From: Podarcis vaucheri | Taxonomy: Eukaryota | Assembly (NCBI GenBank): GCA_965113315.1 | Contig: OZ220368.1 | DNA: 64,000 nucleotides | Direction: 5' to 3' (one strand) | In this document: positions 25,733-35,892 of the stretch, piece after piece | Layout: each line of letters starts with the position of its first letter | How positions within the stretch are numbered: position 1 is the stretch's first letter | Notes under the pieces: generated by a model | The model's database searches: none | Seen by the model: only the letters and a program-made list of their open reading frames with translations | What the model was told of the DNA's origin: nothing | Made by a program: the position numbers and the translations under genes

Positions 25733-25809
25733 GAAGACAGGAGTGCCTGGCGTTCTCTGGTCCATGGGGTCACGAAGAGTCGGACACGACTAAATGACTA
25801 AACAACAAA
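25733..25809 (+). mobile_element. Extremely 5'-truncated Bov-B (RTE) 3' end
   Basis: gaagacaggagtgcctggcg...ccatggggtcacgaagagtcggacacgactaa...caacaa; exact 12-bp TSD AAGGGTGCATTG at 25721-25732 and 25810-25821. Confidence 0.85.
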
Positions 25810-26202
25810 AAGGGTGCATTGCCCTGGGCACAATTCGAAGTAGGATTTTGCACCCTTTCTCTATCGTTTCCCTATCAATCCCCTCCCTGCAACCTCTTCT
25901 CCCAGGCAAGGAAAAAGGCCTTATCTTGGGGAGGGAGTAACAAGTGATGGAAGATCCACTTCCACACAGGAACAGCCCCATAAGGTCTCTGCTTTGCTGC
26001 AAATGATGTCCTGCTAGGTATCTTAGTGCTTGTGGTTAGAAAACCAAAGACTAATAAACTCCCAGTTGGAAATTATGCTTAACCCCATCTCAAAGGAGGA
26101 TGGATCTCTCTTAGAATGAGCTCATGCTTTTTTGATTGTGAGGAGTTGACATTTCTTTTTCCCACCTCCCATTTGAAGTCTTGCACCATTCCCAATCAAC
26201 AT

Positions 26203-26683
26203 TTGTTGTTGTTGTTGTTTAGTCATGTCCGACTCTTCGTGACCCCATGGACCAGAGCACGCCAGGCACTCCTGTCTTCCATTGCCTCCCGCAGTCTGGT
26301 CAAACTCATGCTGGTAGCTTCGAGAACACTATCCAACCATCTCGTCCTCTGTCGTCCCCTTCTCCTTGTGCCCTCCATCTTTCCCAATATCAGGGTCTTT
26401 TCCAGGGAGTCTTCTCTTCTCATGAGGTGGCCAAAGTATTGGAGCCTCAGCTTCACGATCTGTCCTTCCAGTGAGCACTCAGGGCTGATTTCCTTAAGAA
26501 TGGGTAGGTTTGTTCTTCTTGCAGTCCATGGGACTCTCAAGAGTCTCCTCCAGCACCATAATTCAAAAGCATCAATTCTTTGGCGATCAGGCTTCTTTAT
26601 GGTCCAGCTCTCACTTCCATACATCACTACTGGGCAAACCATAGATCTTACTATACGGACCTTTGTTGGCAAGGTGATGTCTC
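26203..26683 (-). mobile_element. Bov-B (RTE) LINE, 5'-truncated 3' fragment
   Basis: Minus-strand ORF 26223-26696 (RDITLPTKVRIV...YGSESWTIKK...IDAFELWCWRRLLRVPWTARR...LRLQYFGHLMRR...WRALVHGVTKSRT) is the Bov-B ORF C-terminus; (CAA)n tail; 13-bp TSD tcccaatcaacat (26190-26202) / tcccaatcagcat (26684-26696). Confidence 0.93.
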
Positions 26684-26923
26684 TCCCAATCAGCATGGTT
26701 AAACATTATTCCTGCCTTGGGCTTTACTGCTCCTATGGCAACTCTAAGCCATTTGAGGCCACATTGAAAGGAACAATGGAATCAAGGTAGTGCAATGATA
26801 GCCTTGGTGAATGGGGAGCCTATAAGCTGGGATCCAGCGGGGAAGGGCACATGGTAGCTTTAACCTTTACAACCGTATTTGATCATCTAAGGATGATTTG
26901 TTTTATCTCTTCTTCTTTTTTAG

Positions 26924-27092
26924 ATCAGTTTTTCCCTGCAACATGCAATATAGAGAAGAACTTTATTTCCTTGAACTACCTTGCGGGATACCTGCAACCC
27001 AAGGCCGCAGAAGGATGCATTGTCTCCAGCATGGATCAAGAAAGAGAAGTTCACATAATTGAACTAATCACACCAGACTCTAACCCATACAG
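26924..27092 (+). CDS. TGFBR3: TGFBR3 coding exon (exon 6 equivalent)
   Basis: ttcttttttag|AT ... TACAG|gtaaag; 169 nt; (D)QFFPATCNIEKNFISLNYLAGYLQPKAAEGCIVSSMDQEREVHIIELITPDSNPY(S). Confidence 0.96.
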
Positions 27093-27469
27093 GTAAAGTG
27101 CCCGTTCCTATTTTTCCAAGCCTATAATATTGTTTATTTCAGCCCATCTTGCAGCTTTAAAGGAACAGATCCTCTGTCTATGAGAAAAGCAAAACTCCGA
27201 AAAGTTTATTTGACATAAATACTTTTAGATTGCGGCACTTTGAAACAAAAGTTTCAGTATGTCTGTTATTTAGCACATGGGGTGTCAAAACAGGTCGCAG
27301 AATTTGTCTTCAGATTAGAAATCAATGTGGTAAATTTCATCAAGGTCAAAGAAGCTGCTACAGGGAGGGCAATAGCTCAGTCAGAGTGTGGTGCTGATAG
27401 TGCCAAGATTGCAGGTTTGATCCCCATATGGGACAGCTGCATATTCCTGCATTGCAGGCGGTTGGACAG

Positions 27470-27807
27470 TGAAGTATACTCGGAGTCGAGAGTGGATCTC
27501 ATGCTCTTTATTCAGCTCATAGTAGTGAGGAGGAATGGAAGTTCCCCCAGAATGTCTGCTTTATATACATTATTTACACAATGGGTCCCACGTGATTGGC
27601 TAATTCTGGGATTCTCCTGTAGTCCAATCAGGTTGTGGATTCACTTCCACCTGGAGCTGGATTGGGTGGCTCCTGTGGACCAATCAGACTGCTGCATTCT
27701 GGATCCTATTGTTCTAGAACCAATCAGACTGCTGCATTCTGGATCCTATTGTTCTAGGACCAATCAGACTGCTGCATTCTGGATCCTATTCAACTCAGTA
27801 CATAACA
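27470..27807 (-). mobile_element. Solo LTR (LTR retrotransposon/ERV-derived), antisense to TGFBR3
   Basis: On the - strand it starts TGTTATG and ends ...TTCA; order of motifs is CCAAT-box repeats, TATATAAA (27560-27567), AATAAA (27507-27512), i.e. U3-R-U5; TSD degenerate (gacag / gataa). Confidence 0.75.
27677..27790. repeat. ~2.8 x 40-bp tandem repeat inside the LTR U3
   Basis: ccaatcagactgctgcattctggatcctattgttctag(a/g)a starting at 27680, 27720 and 27760. Confidence 0.95.
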
Positions 27808-28733
27808 GATAAGATGATCCTCAGGACCCTTCCAAATCTACGATTCTATGGTTCTGTGATAAAGTTGGGCTCTGACCTAAATATTTGAGAAGATACCTCA
27901 GCTGATCATGGGCTTATGGGTCTTGTTCAAGTGCTGCTTCACCCCCCATTATCAGGATCGCATCCTGAAATACTCATTAACTTCTACCTCAGCAAGTATC
28001 GGAGGTTGGGGAACACAGGAGACCTCATCTCACTCTTCGGGAATAAAGGAAGGGAGGGCACTCCAGATCTGACACAAAGTGTAATGTGAAGAGAACAGAT
28101 GTATTTACATTAAGCTTCCATTGTCCTGAAGATGAACAGCGGGCCAAGCTAATAACTGCGTTTTGAAAATGTCCCATTCTTCGTCACTGCCCAAACATAC
28201 TTTGTTTTTTTGCACATTCCCCATTGTTTTCAAAGCTCAGCAGACCAGATGCATTTCTCTCACTTATTATTCCATTTTTCCTTCCGTAACAATGCTGCCA
28301 AGCTATAATTTTGGGGTACAATAAGGTGACATGTGCTCCAAATTAATGGAATAAATTGGATAGAAATGTGCATTTAAAATTTCCTGAAGAAATGGGGAAA
28401 TAGCGGGGGTGGGAGAACGAGCTCCGAGTGGTTCTCTTTAACCAGCACCAAAGCAGTGGCAATGAGCAACCAGCAACCTCTAATTGAGAAAGCAAAGCTG
28501 CTGCTGGACAGTAATTATTAGCCTAAAAAGCATTTTTGTTTCCATTGTTATGTAAAATTGTTTTAGCATGTGTGGCGTAACAGTCTGTTTTGCACATGTT
28601 GTACCGTCTGGGATAACCTCCAGCGTTTTAATCAGCTGGCCAGACACTGGAAACATGATGGATTGAAAGAAGGTTGATAGCTGAAAATTTCTGGCGTGCT
28701 GGGGCCTCACTCTTTTTTATTTTCCACAACCAG

Positions 28734-28881
28734 TGCTTTCCAGGTGGATATCATCATTGACATTCGACCATCTCGACCAGACACCACACTTGTCAGGGAT
28801 CTTGTACTTATCCTCAAGTGCAGAAAGTCTGTCAACTGGGTCATCAAGTCCCATGACGTGAAGGGGAAACTGGAAGCAATT
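28734..28881 (+). CDS. TGFBR3: TGFBR3 coding exon (exon 7 equivalent)
   Basis: caaccag|T GCT ... ATT|gtaagt; 148 nt; AFQVDIIIDIRPSRPDTTLVRDLVLILKCRKSVNWVIKSHDVKGKLEAI. Confidence 0.96.
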
Positions 28882-29068
28882 GTAAGTAGATATGACTTGT
28901 TGTAAGGGAGGCACGGGTGCTGTTAACAGCTCTTATGTGAAGAAGTGAGCCCATGATAACAGACATATTCAACTTTTGCTATTAATCCTGGTTGTTGGTT
29001 CTCCCCACCCAACCTGGGTACTGAGTAATGTGCTGCTTGATTAAGAGGTGGTGCATTGCATCTGTCAC

Positions 29069-29195
29069 CAGTGCTATTTTTCTAGAAAAAGAGATGCCGG
29101 AACTCGCCATGAACGCCTCCCTTCTTTCTCTTATAATGGCAATGGCGCCCACCTGAGAGATGCCGGGACTGAATCCCAGCTGAAAAAGAGCCCTG
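29069..29195. mobile_element. hAT-type MITE
   Basis: CAGTGCTATTTTTC...GAAAAAGAGCCCTG with 8-bp TSD tctgtcac / tctgtcat; second, more degraded copy at ~55064-55200. Confidence 0.75.
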
Positions 29196-32100
29196 TCTGT
29201 CATTCCCAAATGTTTCATGAGAGTAGCATTGCATACTGTTCTTCACAAGCAGATGAAGACAGTGTTCAAAACTCCCATTGTTCTAGGCACATTTTGCAAC
29301 AGGGAATTTCATTCACGCAAGCCGTTTCTGAGCTTTGGGTGCAGTACTGTGCCTAAGATTTCAGATTAAAATTGCAGAGTGGAAGGAAAGGAGGACCTTT
29401 TTCTGCCTCCCCACTTCCAGCCACTCTCTGAAGTTTGGAGAAAGGACCCTCATAAGAATATGCAGTCTTCATATGAGGACTAGACCATGTAAAAAACGAA
29501 CGTAAGATTTTAGCTGCAGTTCGTTCATTTCCAGCTTTGTATTCTTGCTATTAAAAAGCGCACCTAGACATTCCGTTGTTGCACCCATAATCTTGGTTTA
29601 AGGTGCCATTTACCGTAGCTCCTAGCTTTCGTATCTCACTCGGTGAAGATTTTCACTTTTGGTTTTCTTTAACCCCTCATTCTAGCCGAGGGTTTCTTTT
29701 ATTAAAAAAACAAAAACATGCCCAGAGAGATCCGATGGGTTAAGGCAGAGCCATGGAACCTTTCCATTCTGGTGGGCCAAGATTCTTATCTTCACAAACC
29801 CTACAGGCAAAGTTTGATGGTTGAGCAGGGACCCTGCCTGTCATAATGGCATTAGTTGACATCTACGCCTTTGAAGTCTCATTTCAAAGCAGCTTCACAC
29901 TTCACAGTTTAATTCCCTCCACATCCTGTGAGCCGATGAGTGCTGAGAGACAGCACTTTGAACTGTGTTTCCAAGCAGGTGTTTTTTGGAAACATATGTC
30001 AAAGTGAAGGCCGCGCCTCTACCTGTCTCCTACCTGCCATCACCTGTGATATCAAGGGTGGGGCAGGTAGGCATGGTTTGAGGGAAACGGCCCCACGAGC
30101 CAAATTAGGACCCCTTCTGGGCCTAATTGGGCCTGCAGGGTAGAGGTTCCTCACTCCTGGGTTAGAGCTCTTGCTACGCAAAATTTCTTGACGTGTTCCC
30201 TCTACAGAATCATAGAAGTCCAAGAGACCTAATGACATCAAGGATCCTTCCACACTGCCTCTCCCCTCCCACTCTCAGTTTCTGGCAGCCACCTCTGTGT
30301 TGGGAAGCTGGGTCAGCAATACCCCCCCCCCCCAGTTCACTTCACATTACTGGGCCCTGCTGGCATGCTGCCAAGTTCTGATGTCTATTTATACTCCTTA
30401 AAATGCATTACTAAAGTGTACTGTTGCTTTGATGCCCCGTTCAATACTTCATACCTTGGAAGTATTTTACTGGCCACTGTTGGAAACTGAATGCTAGACC
30501 TGATGTTTGATCAGTTCCAGCAGAACTTCTTTTAACGTTCTTAATTAAGTTGTGCTTCCAATTATTTGTTTATTAGCTGGACCGGTTTCACTCCTCTGCA
30601 ATTTTGCTCATGTTTTTTCACTCAGTGGAAATGGCAGGGGTCCTGAGAGGCAAAATTAAGTTGCCTGTAAAGAAAGTTAAAGGAGTTAATTTGGGCTGGT
30701 TGTGCTCTGATGTATAGAATCATAGGAAAGAATATAGACAGGAAAGTCCCATTTCTTTTAAGTTTTGAGGGAGCCTGTGATCTCCAGTTTCGGCTTGACT
30801 GAGGCTACAGCTCCAAACATGCTTTTGTGTGGGATGTACCTTCAAGTACACACATGATCTCACTGAAAGTTGTGATCCGCTGCACACTTACCTTGGAGTG
30901 AGCCCCATCGGATGCAGTTCAGCTTCATTTCACATGTAGGTTTGCACTATTGATCACATATAATTCTTAAGTACGAAATGTACCCTGGAAGGAGCCCTGA
31001 GCCAACAGCTCAAGCAAAGGCTTACATTGATGCCCATTTGGCTGAATAAGAAAGTGTCTTATTCATCCCAGCCACAATTGACCGATGCTTGAAGGTGGTG
31101 CTATCAGCTCACCATGTAGAACAGAGAAAACTAGGGCAAAGGCATCAAGAAGCTGGGTAGAGATGAATCCAAATTTTGAATTGCCTTTTTTACTTTCCAA
31201 ATTTGTTTTGATTAGCCCTAAGCAGTCCCATCTGCAAAAATACCAGTGGAAGATGAGAGATTTAAAAAGTAACATTCCAAATTCAAATTAACTGCATCTG
31301 ACCCATAGGAAAATCCATGTCTAGTTTGAGAATATGTATCTTTATTTTATATTCAAGCGTCCCAACATTATGTGCCAGAATAGTGCCAGAACATAAACAT
31401 AGACCCTGTATGCTCCTATTTGGATACATTAAATCTTAATGGGTCTATATGAATAGAGAGGGACACAGTCCTTTAAAACGGGCAGGTTCCAGTTATGACA
31501 ATTATATTCTGAAAAATATTTGTTCAGCTGTTTTATCTAACATTTAAAAGAGAGAGAGAGAGAGCAGGAAATCCGGAAAATTTAGGGATCGTCATAATCT
31601 CAGGTCAATCCAAACTTGCCTGTTTATTTGAAACATGTGTTTTTAAAAAATTGTATCCAGATTTGAGTCCACTCAAAAGATAGTATTATAGAAACAGGGC
31701 AGGCAGGCACAGCTCAAGAGCAGAAACAACTCCTCCACCCACTCCCCAAAACAGGATTTGCTACCCTTTTTGTTAATGGATCTCCTTTCAGTACCACCCG
31801 CAGCAAACCATTCAAACACATAGAGATTTCAAGATTGCCTGGCATCTTCTGTAGGAGCATCAGAGGAAGCTTTCAAACATGGGTTTTGAAAGGTTCCATT
31901 TCTTCTTCAGTTGACAATTCATATTGCTAACATTAATCGTCACAAAAATGCAAATTATTCAGTGCACAAAGAATCAGGCATGGCCTTTTTAGTATTTTGC
32001 GGGTTGACCCATGTCCTGATTCTTAAAAAAGCATTTTGACATGGAAAGGGTAACTTTTCCCTGCAGCTTTTACCCAATAAAGCTGGCTTCCATATTCATC

Positions 32101-32561
32101 CCCCATAGGCTATGATTGCTGTTTATTATGTGCTAGAAAATACTGGCATCTTATGCAACAGTATATAGTTTCCTGACTACTTAACATCACTGTAGTTAAA
32201 ATAAATTCAGCAATGGGCCTCCATATAGCCCATGTATGTAAGATTGTGGAGTGTTCACACTCCTTTTTAGCCACATCCACAATTGCATGCACCCCTGAAA
32301 GCCTGTCCAAGGGTGAATGTTGCCCTTGGAACCAAAAAAAGGTTGGCCACCCCAGTGTAAAATCAAGGGCCAGTCTAAACATTTCAGTTGCCTAAGGAGG
32401 GCCGGTGTGAACTTGAAACGTTTTCAGTGTAACATTTCCAAACTCAGTTATCTTCTGGATGATCTTAGATTACCCCTGAGATTACTGAGGGGTGCTAACT
32501 TGAATAAAATATTGGAGGGAGGAGGTAAGCCCCACCCTGTATAGTAGATTACATGATACAG

Positions 32562-32573
32562 AGTGTGTGTGTG

Positions 32574-32609
<36 letters not shown>
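32562..32609. repeat. (GT)n-(CA)n compound microsatellite
   Basis: gtgtgtgtgtgtgcgcgcacacac... read directly. Confidence 0.9.
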
Positions 32610-32610
<1 letters not shown>

Positions 32611-33324
32611 TTGAATGCCAATGACCATTAACTTTGGGTGGGCCTGGCTGAAGGGATCTTGGCCCCAGGAGTTGGCTCCTATGGGAGTACTAGTCCAACA
32701 ACTTCTGGAGAACCCTTGACTCGTCCAGCGCATATTTCAGATTTGCTACATCCAGCAGCAGAGTAGAGGCCATCCATGCAATGAGCCCCTTAACATGTCA
32801 TGACGGCCAGTGGGACAATCCCCAACATGGAAGTTGTTTCAATTAGCTTTCATGTAATTTCCGTTACACGTCAGCCTCTACGAGCCCTGGATATGCTTTA
32901 GCTCTTACAGCTACTTACAGTCCTTGTTATCCTTCCACATTATCAAGAACTTTTGTTCCTTATCTAAAAATCGTTGTATTGAGAAGCAAGGGGGGGGGGA
33001 GAAAAACAGGCTGTTGTATTTTGACATGATGCAGTGGCTCTAAGTGATTATACTGTCCCAGCAAAGTGTGGGGATGGAGCCTCATCCACGGCAAACCTCT
33101 CACAATTCTGTGGTGGGAAAGGATTTGGTCGTGTGGATGACAAACCAGTCTGCCTGGAAGAAAAGTTCGCTGCAGAAATGATGAAAAGAACTTGTTGAAA
33201 AGAGTTCCTTTTCATGTTATTTTTTACCCCAGAAAGGGGTAAAAATATCAGTTTCCTGACATGGTTTTACAAGACTTGGGAAAGCCTCATCCAGAATCCT
33301 AATGTTATCTCCTTTTCTGCTCAG

Positions 33325-33514
33325 GCAGCAAACAGTGTTGGCTTTGGAAAGGAAACGGAACGCTCGATGGTGATGACTAAAAACATATTTTCCAATATTC
33401 CCTCCTCTCGTGAGAATTTGATTACGTGGGCTTATGACCATGGCTACCATCCAGTTACTTCCTATACAAAAGCACCTGTTGCTAATAGGTTCCATCTACG
33501 CCTTGAGGACACTG
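33325..33514 (+). CDS. TGFBR3: TGFBR3 coding exon (exon 8 equivalent)
   Basis: ttctgctcag|GCA ... ACTG|gtaagt; 190 nt; AANSVGFGKETERSMVMTKNIFSNIPSSRENLITWAYDHGYHPVTSYTKAPVANRFHLRLEDT. Confidence 0.95.
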
Positions 33515-34299
33515 GTAAGTCCGGAGGCTGGCTTGTATCAAGTATGCAGCAATTTTCTTGAACTCTTTTGGGTCCTTTTCCTCCCCTCAAGAGCCTTGGA
33601 TTCACTAAAGCTTTGAGAGTTGTAATGGGAGATAGGCTTTGATCAGGAGCTACTAGGTTGAATCAAGACTTCCAGGGAGCAGAACCCCACCTACTGGATG
33701 CTCCAAATTGGTGCTGGGGGCTACAGGGGGAACGGGAAATTGGTGAAAATGGCCTCCAACCCCCGTTTCTCCAGTGGGAGCCTCTGCCGGATTGAAGGCC
33801 CTCCTGCAAACAGAAGCAGCCCCCTTTCATTTGCAGGGGGGCAAGTTTGGATCTAATCCCCTGGGATGAATGTTACATTGGTGAAATAACGTTGCTAGCC
33901 TTGCAGTTTGATTTTGGGGGAAGGTCACTAGCTTCAGCTAGGGAAACCAAGGATATCTACTACCTTCTGCAGACTTTTTTCTCGCCCCACCCCCCGTCTG
34001 CTATTTGCCCCTGAAAGTGCTGCGTGTATTACCTTCTGGGGGCAAACAGCAGCTGCATGGGATCTTCGGCAAGAAATGGCAACTCTCCCTGTTCACTGCA
34101 GTCCCAAAATGTATTGGAAGCCTCCCATGCTTCTTTGTTAAGAAGGAGAAGTGGCAGGTCCTATCAGAGTGATCTAATAGCATTTTTGACATACTGCGGG
34201 GCTTGCCAGTGTGGTGCCTGTGGGTGCGATGGTACCCCTGAGGTCTTCCCCTGTCACCCACAAAAGTCTCTGAACCCCCCTGCCACTGCCCCTTATTGT

Positions 34300-34515
34300 G
34301 ATAGAATCACAGGTTTGGAAGGGACCTTCCAGGTGGATCTAATCCAACCCCCTGCAGTGCTGGAATCTCAACTAAGGCCTCCATGAGAGATCGCTATCCA
34401 GCCCCGCTAAAAACCTCCAAGGAAGGAGAGTCCACCACCTTCCAAGGGAGTCCCTTCCACTGTCGAGCAGCTCATACCGTCAGAAAGGTCTTCCTGATGT
34501 TTAGTTAGAATCTCC
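34300..34515 (-). mobile_element. CR1 LINE 3' end
   Basis: atagaatcacaggtttggaagggaccttccagg...aaaacctccaaggaaggagagtccaccacc...gtcagaaaggtcttcctgatgtttag is the typical reverse-strand CR1 3' terminus. Confidence 0.75.
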
Positions 34516-34834
34516 TTAAAAGTAGATACAACTGAAGGAGCAAGTTGGAAGAGCAATGCTGTTTCTTACTTCCTCTGACATCTCCATGTGTTTTCCAAGG
34601 CTCAGATTATTTCCACTGGATCCAATTTTTAACCATATCCCTTGGGAAAGTAGTGTGTAATCCTGCAGGGGAGATGTGAGTGGAGGAGCGGTGCACAAAA
34701 CACTTACTCAGAAATCCCAAAGCACCCACACGCTTAAAAAGGCTGGCAACCCCTGATGTCATGCGTAGCTTAGCTCAGAGTCACAGCAAACTAAAGGAAC
34801 GTTGTAACGTCTCCAAATTTCTGTCTTTCTCTAG

Positions 34835-35145
34835 AAGAGATGAATGATGAGGAAGACCATTTCCCACCAGAGCTGAAGGAGCTGCTGCGTGGCGTTAACC
34901 CGCTGCCAGCTCCACTCGCGCCCTCAAGCGAAGGCGTTAGTTTTGACTTCCACTTCCATCGAGATCATGATGGAAACCTGCCATCAACTGATATGGTGGA
35001 CACAATTAGGACCAATCGTGGCTTTGAGCACCTCCTTCCAAAAGTCTCAGAACCAGAAGAAGTTCAGGGTAGCGTTCATGTTGCCCTGACGGTGAAGTGT
35101 GATGACACGTCCATGATTGTAGCTGTAGCAAAAGACTCACTGGAG
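34835..35145 (+). CDS. TGFBR3: TGFBR3 coding exon (exon 9 equivalent), orphan-ZP linker and start of ZP-N
   Basis: ttctctag|AAG (tandem acceptor, alternative start 34838) ... GAG|gttggt; 311 nt keeps frame; EEMNDEEDHFPPEL...EPEEVQGSVHVALTVKCDDTSMIVAVAKDSLE. Confidence 0.92.
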
Positions 35146-35742
35146 GTTGGTATGATTTCTTAATTTCACATTGGAACAAACTAGGATAGAGTGATTTGAC
35201 TATTGAATAAACTATGGAGTGTGTTGCGTATTAACCCCACAGCTACAAGGAAACATATGGTTGACATTATCTGCCCAACCAGTGATCAGTCCTCTACTTT
35301 TGTCCCAAGGCTGTCAAAGGACTGCATTCACTGCAGCTGGAATTGTGAAGCTGTTGTTCCCGTTTAAGTCAGAGCCAAAACTTAAAGATGATTAAAATAT
35401 TCTCCAAAATGCATTATCTTCTTTTCTCCCTTTGGAAAATAAATCATCTAAAGTTACAGACAGTCATCTCAGCGGGTCTCTCAATAAAATGAAACACTGC
35501 TGTGGTGCTCTGGTGTTTTATTTTGTTTTATTTTGTGCATACAATACTTACCTCTCCACCAGACTGAATATTCTATAAATTGACTAGTCTGCACTTTTGG
35601 AGGGCAATATTTTAATACAGAATTTTGCAAGATGGTAAATAAAAATGCTTTATAGCCAGACTGTTAAAAAACCAACGCTGTCATTTGGAGCCCTGATTTG
35701 TAGTTTGGGGTGTAATTTTGCATCGTGATCTCCCTTTTTTAG

Positions 35743-35892
35743 GCTAGCGGTTACGTCGGGACACAACTCTCTCTGCTGGATCCTACATGTAGAGCTAAGA
35801 CAAACAAGACCCATTTTATTTTGGAGTCATCGCTGCATGATTGTGGGACTCAACGGATAGCCTATGCCTTGGATAACGTGTATCTGAACTCT
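35743..35892 (+). CDS. TGFBR3: TGFBR3 coding exon (exon 10 equivalent), ZP-N
   Basis: ccctttttt ag|GCT ... TCT|gtgagt; 150 nt; ASGYVGTQLSLLDPTCRAKTNKTHFILESSLHDCGTQRIAYALDNVYLNS (read manually; not in ORF track). Confidence 0.94.

Larger units (their letters stand above)
27362..27860 (+). mobile_element. tRNA-derived SINE with CR1-like 3' tail, split by a solo LTR
   Basis: A/B-box-like head (tagctcagtc...ggtttgatcccc) at 27362-27469 resumes at 27808 with agatgatcctcagg...cccttccaa...gattctatg; uninterrupted relative at 39597-39740 on the - strand. Confidence 0.7.

Noticed and set aside
26116-26790. 224-aa + strand ORF
   Set aside because: Antisense shadow of the Bov-B ORF fragment
27240-27812. 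190-aa ORF, and the 40-bp repeats as a CRISPR-like array
   Set aside because: The ORF runs through a SINE and an LTR; the repeats are contiguous with no unique spacers, and the DNA is vertebrate
35146-35155. Alternative donor gtatga 4 nt downstream of the called donor
   Set aside because: It would shift the frame relative to the next exon; GAG|gttggt keeps the frame
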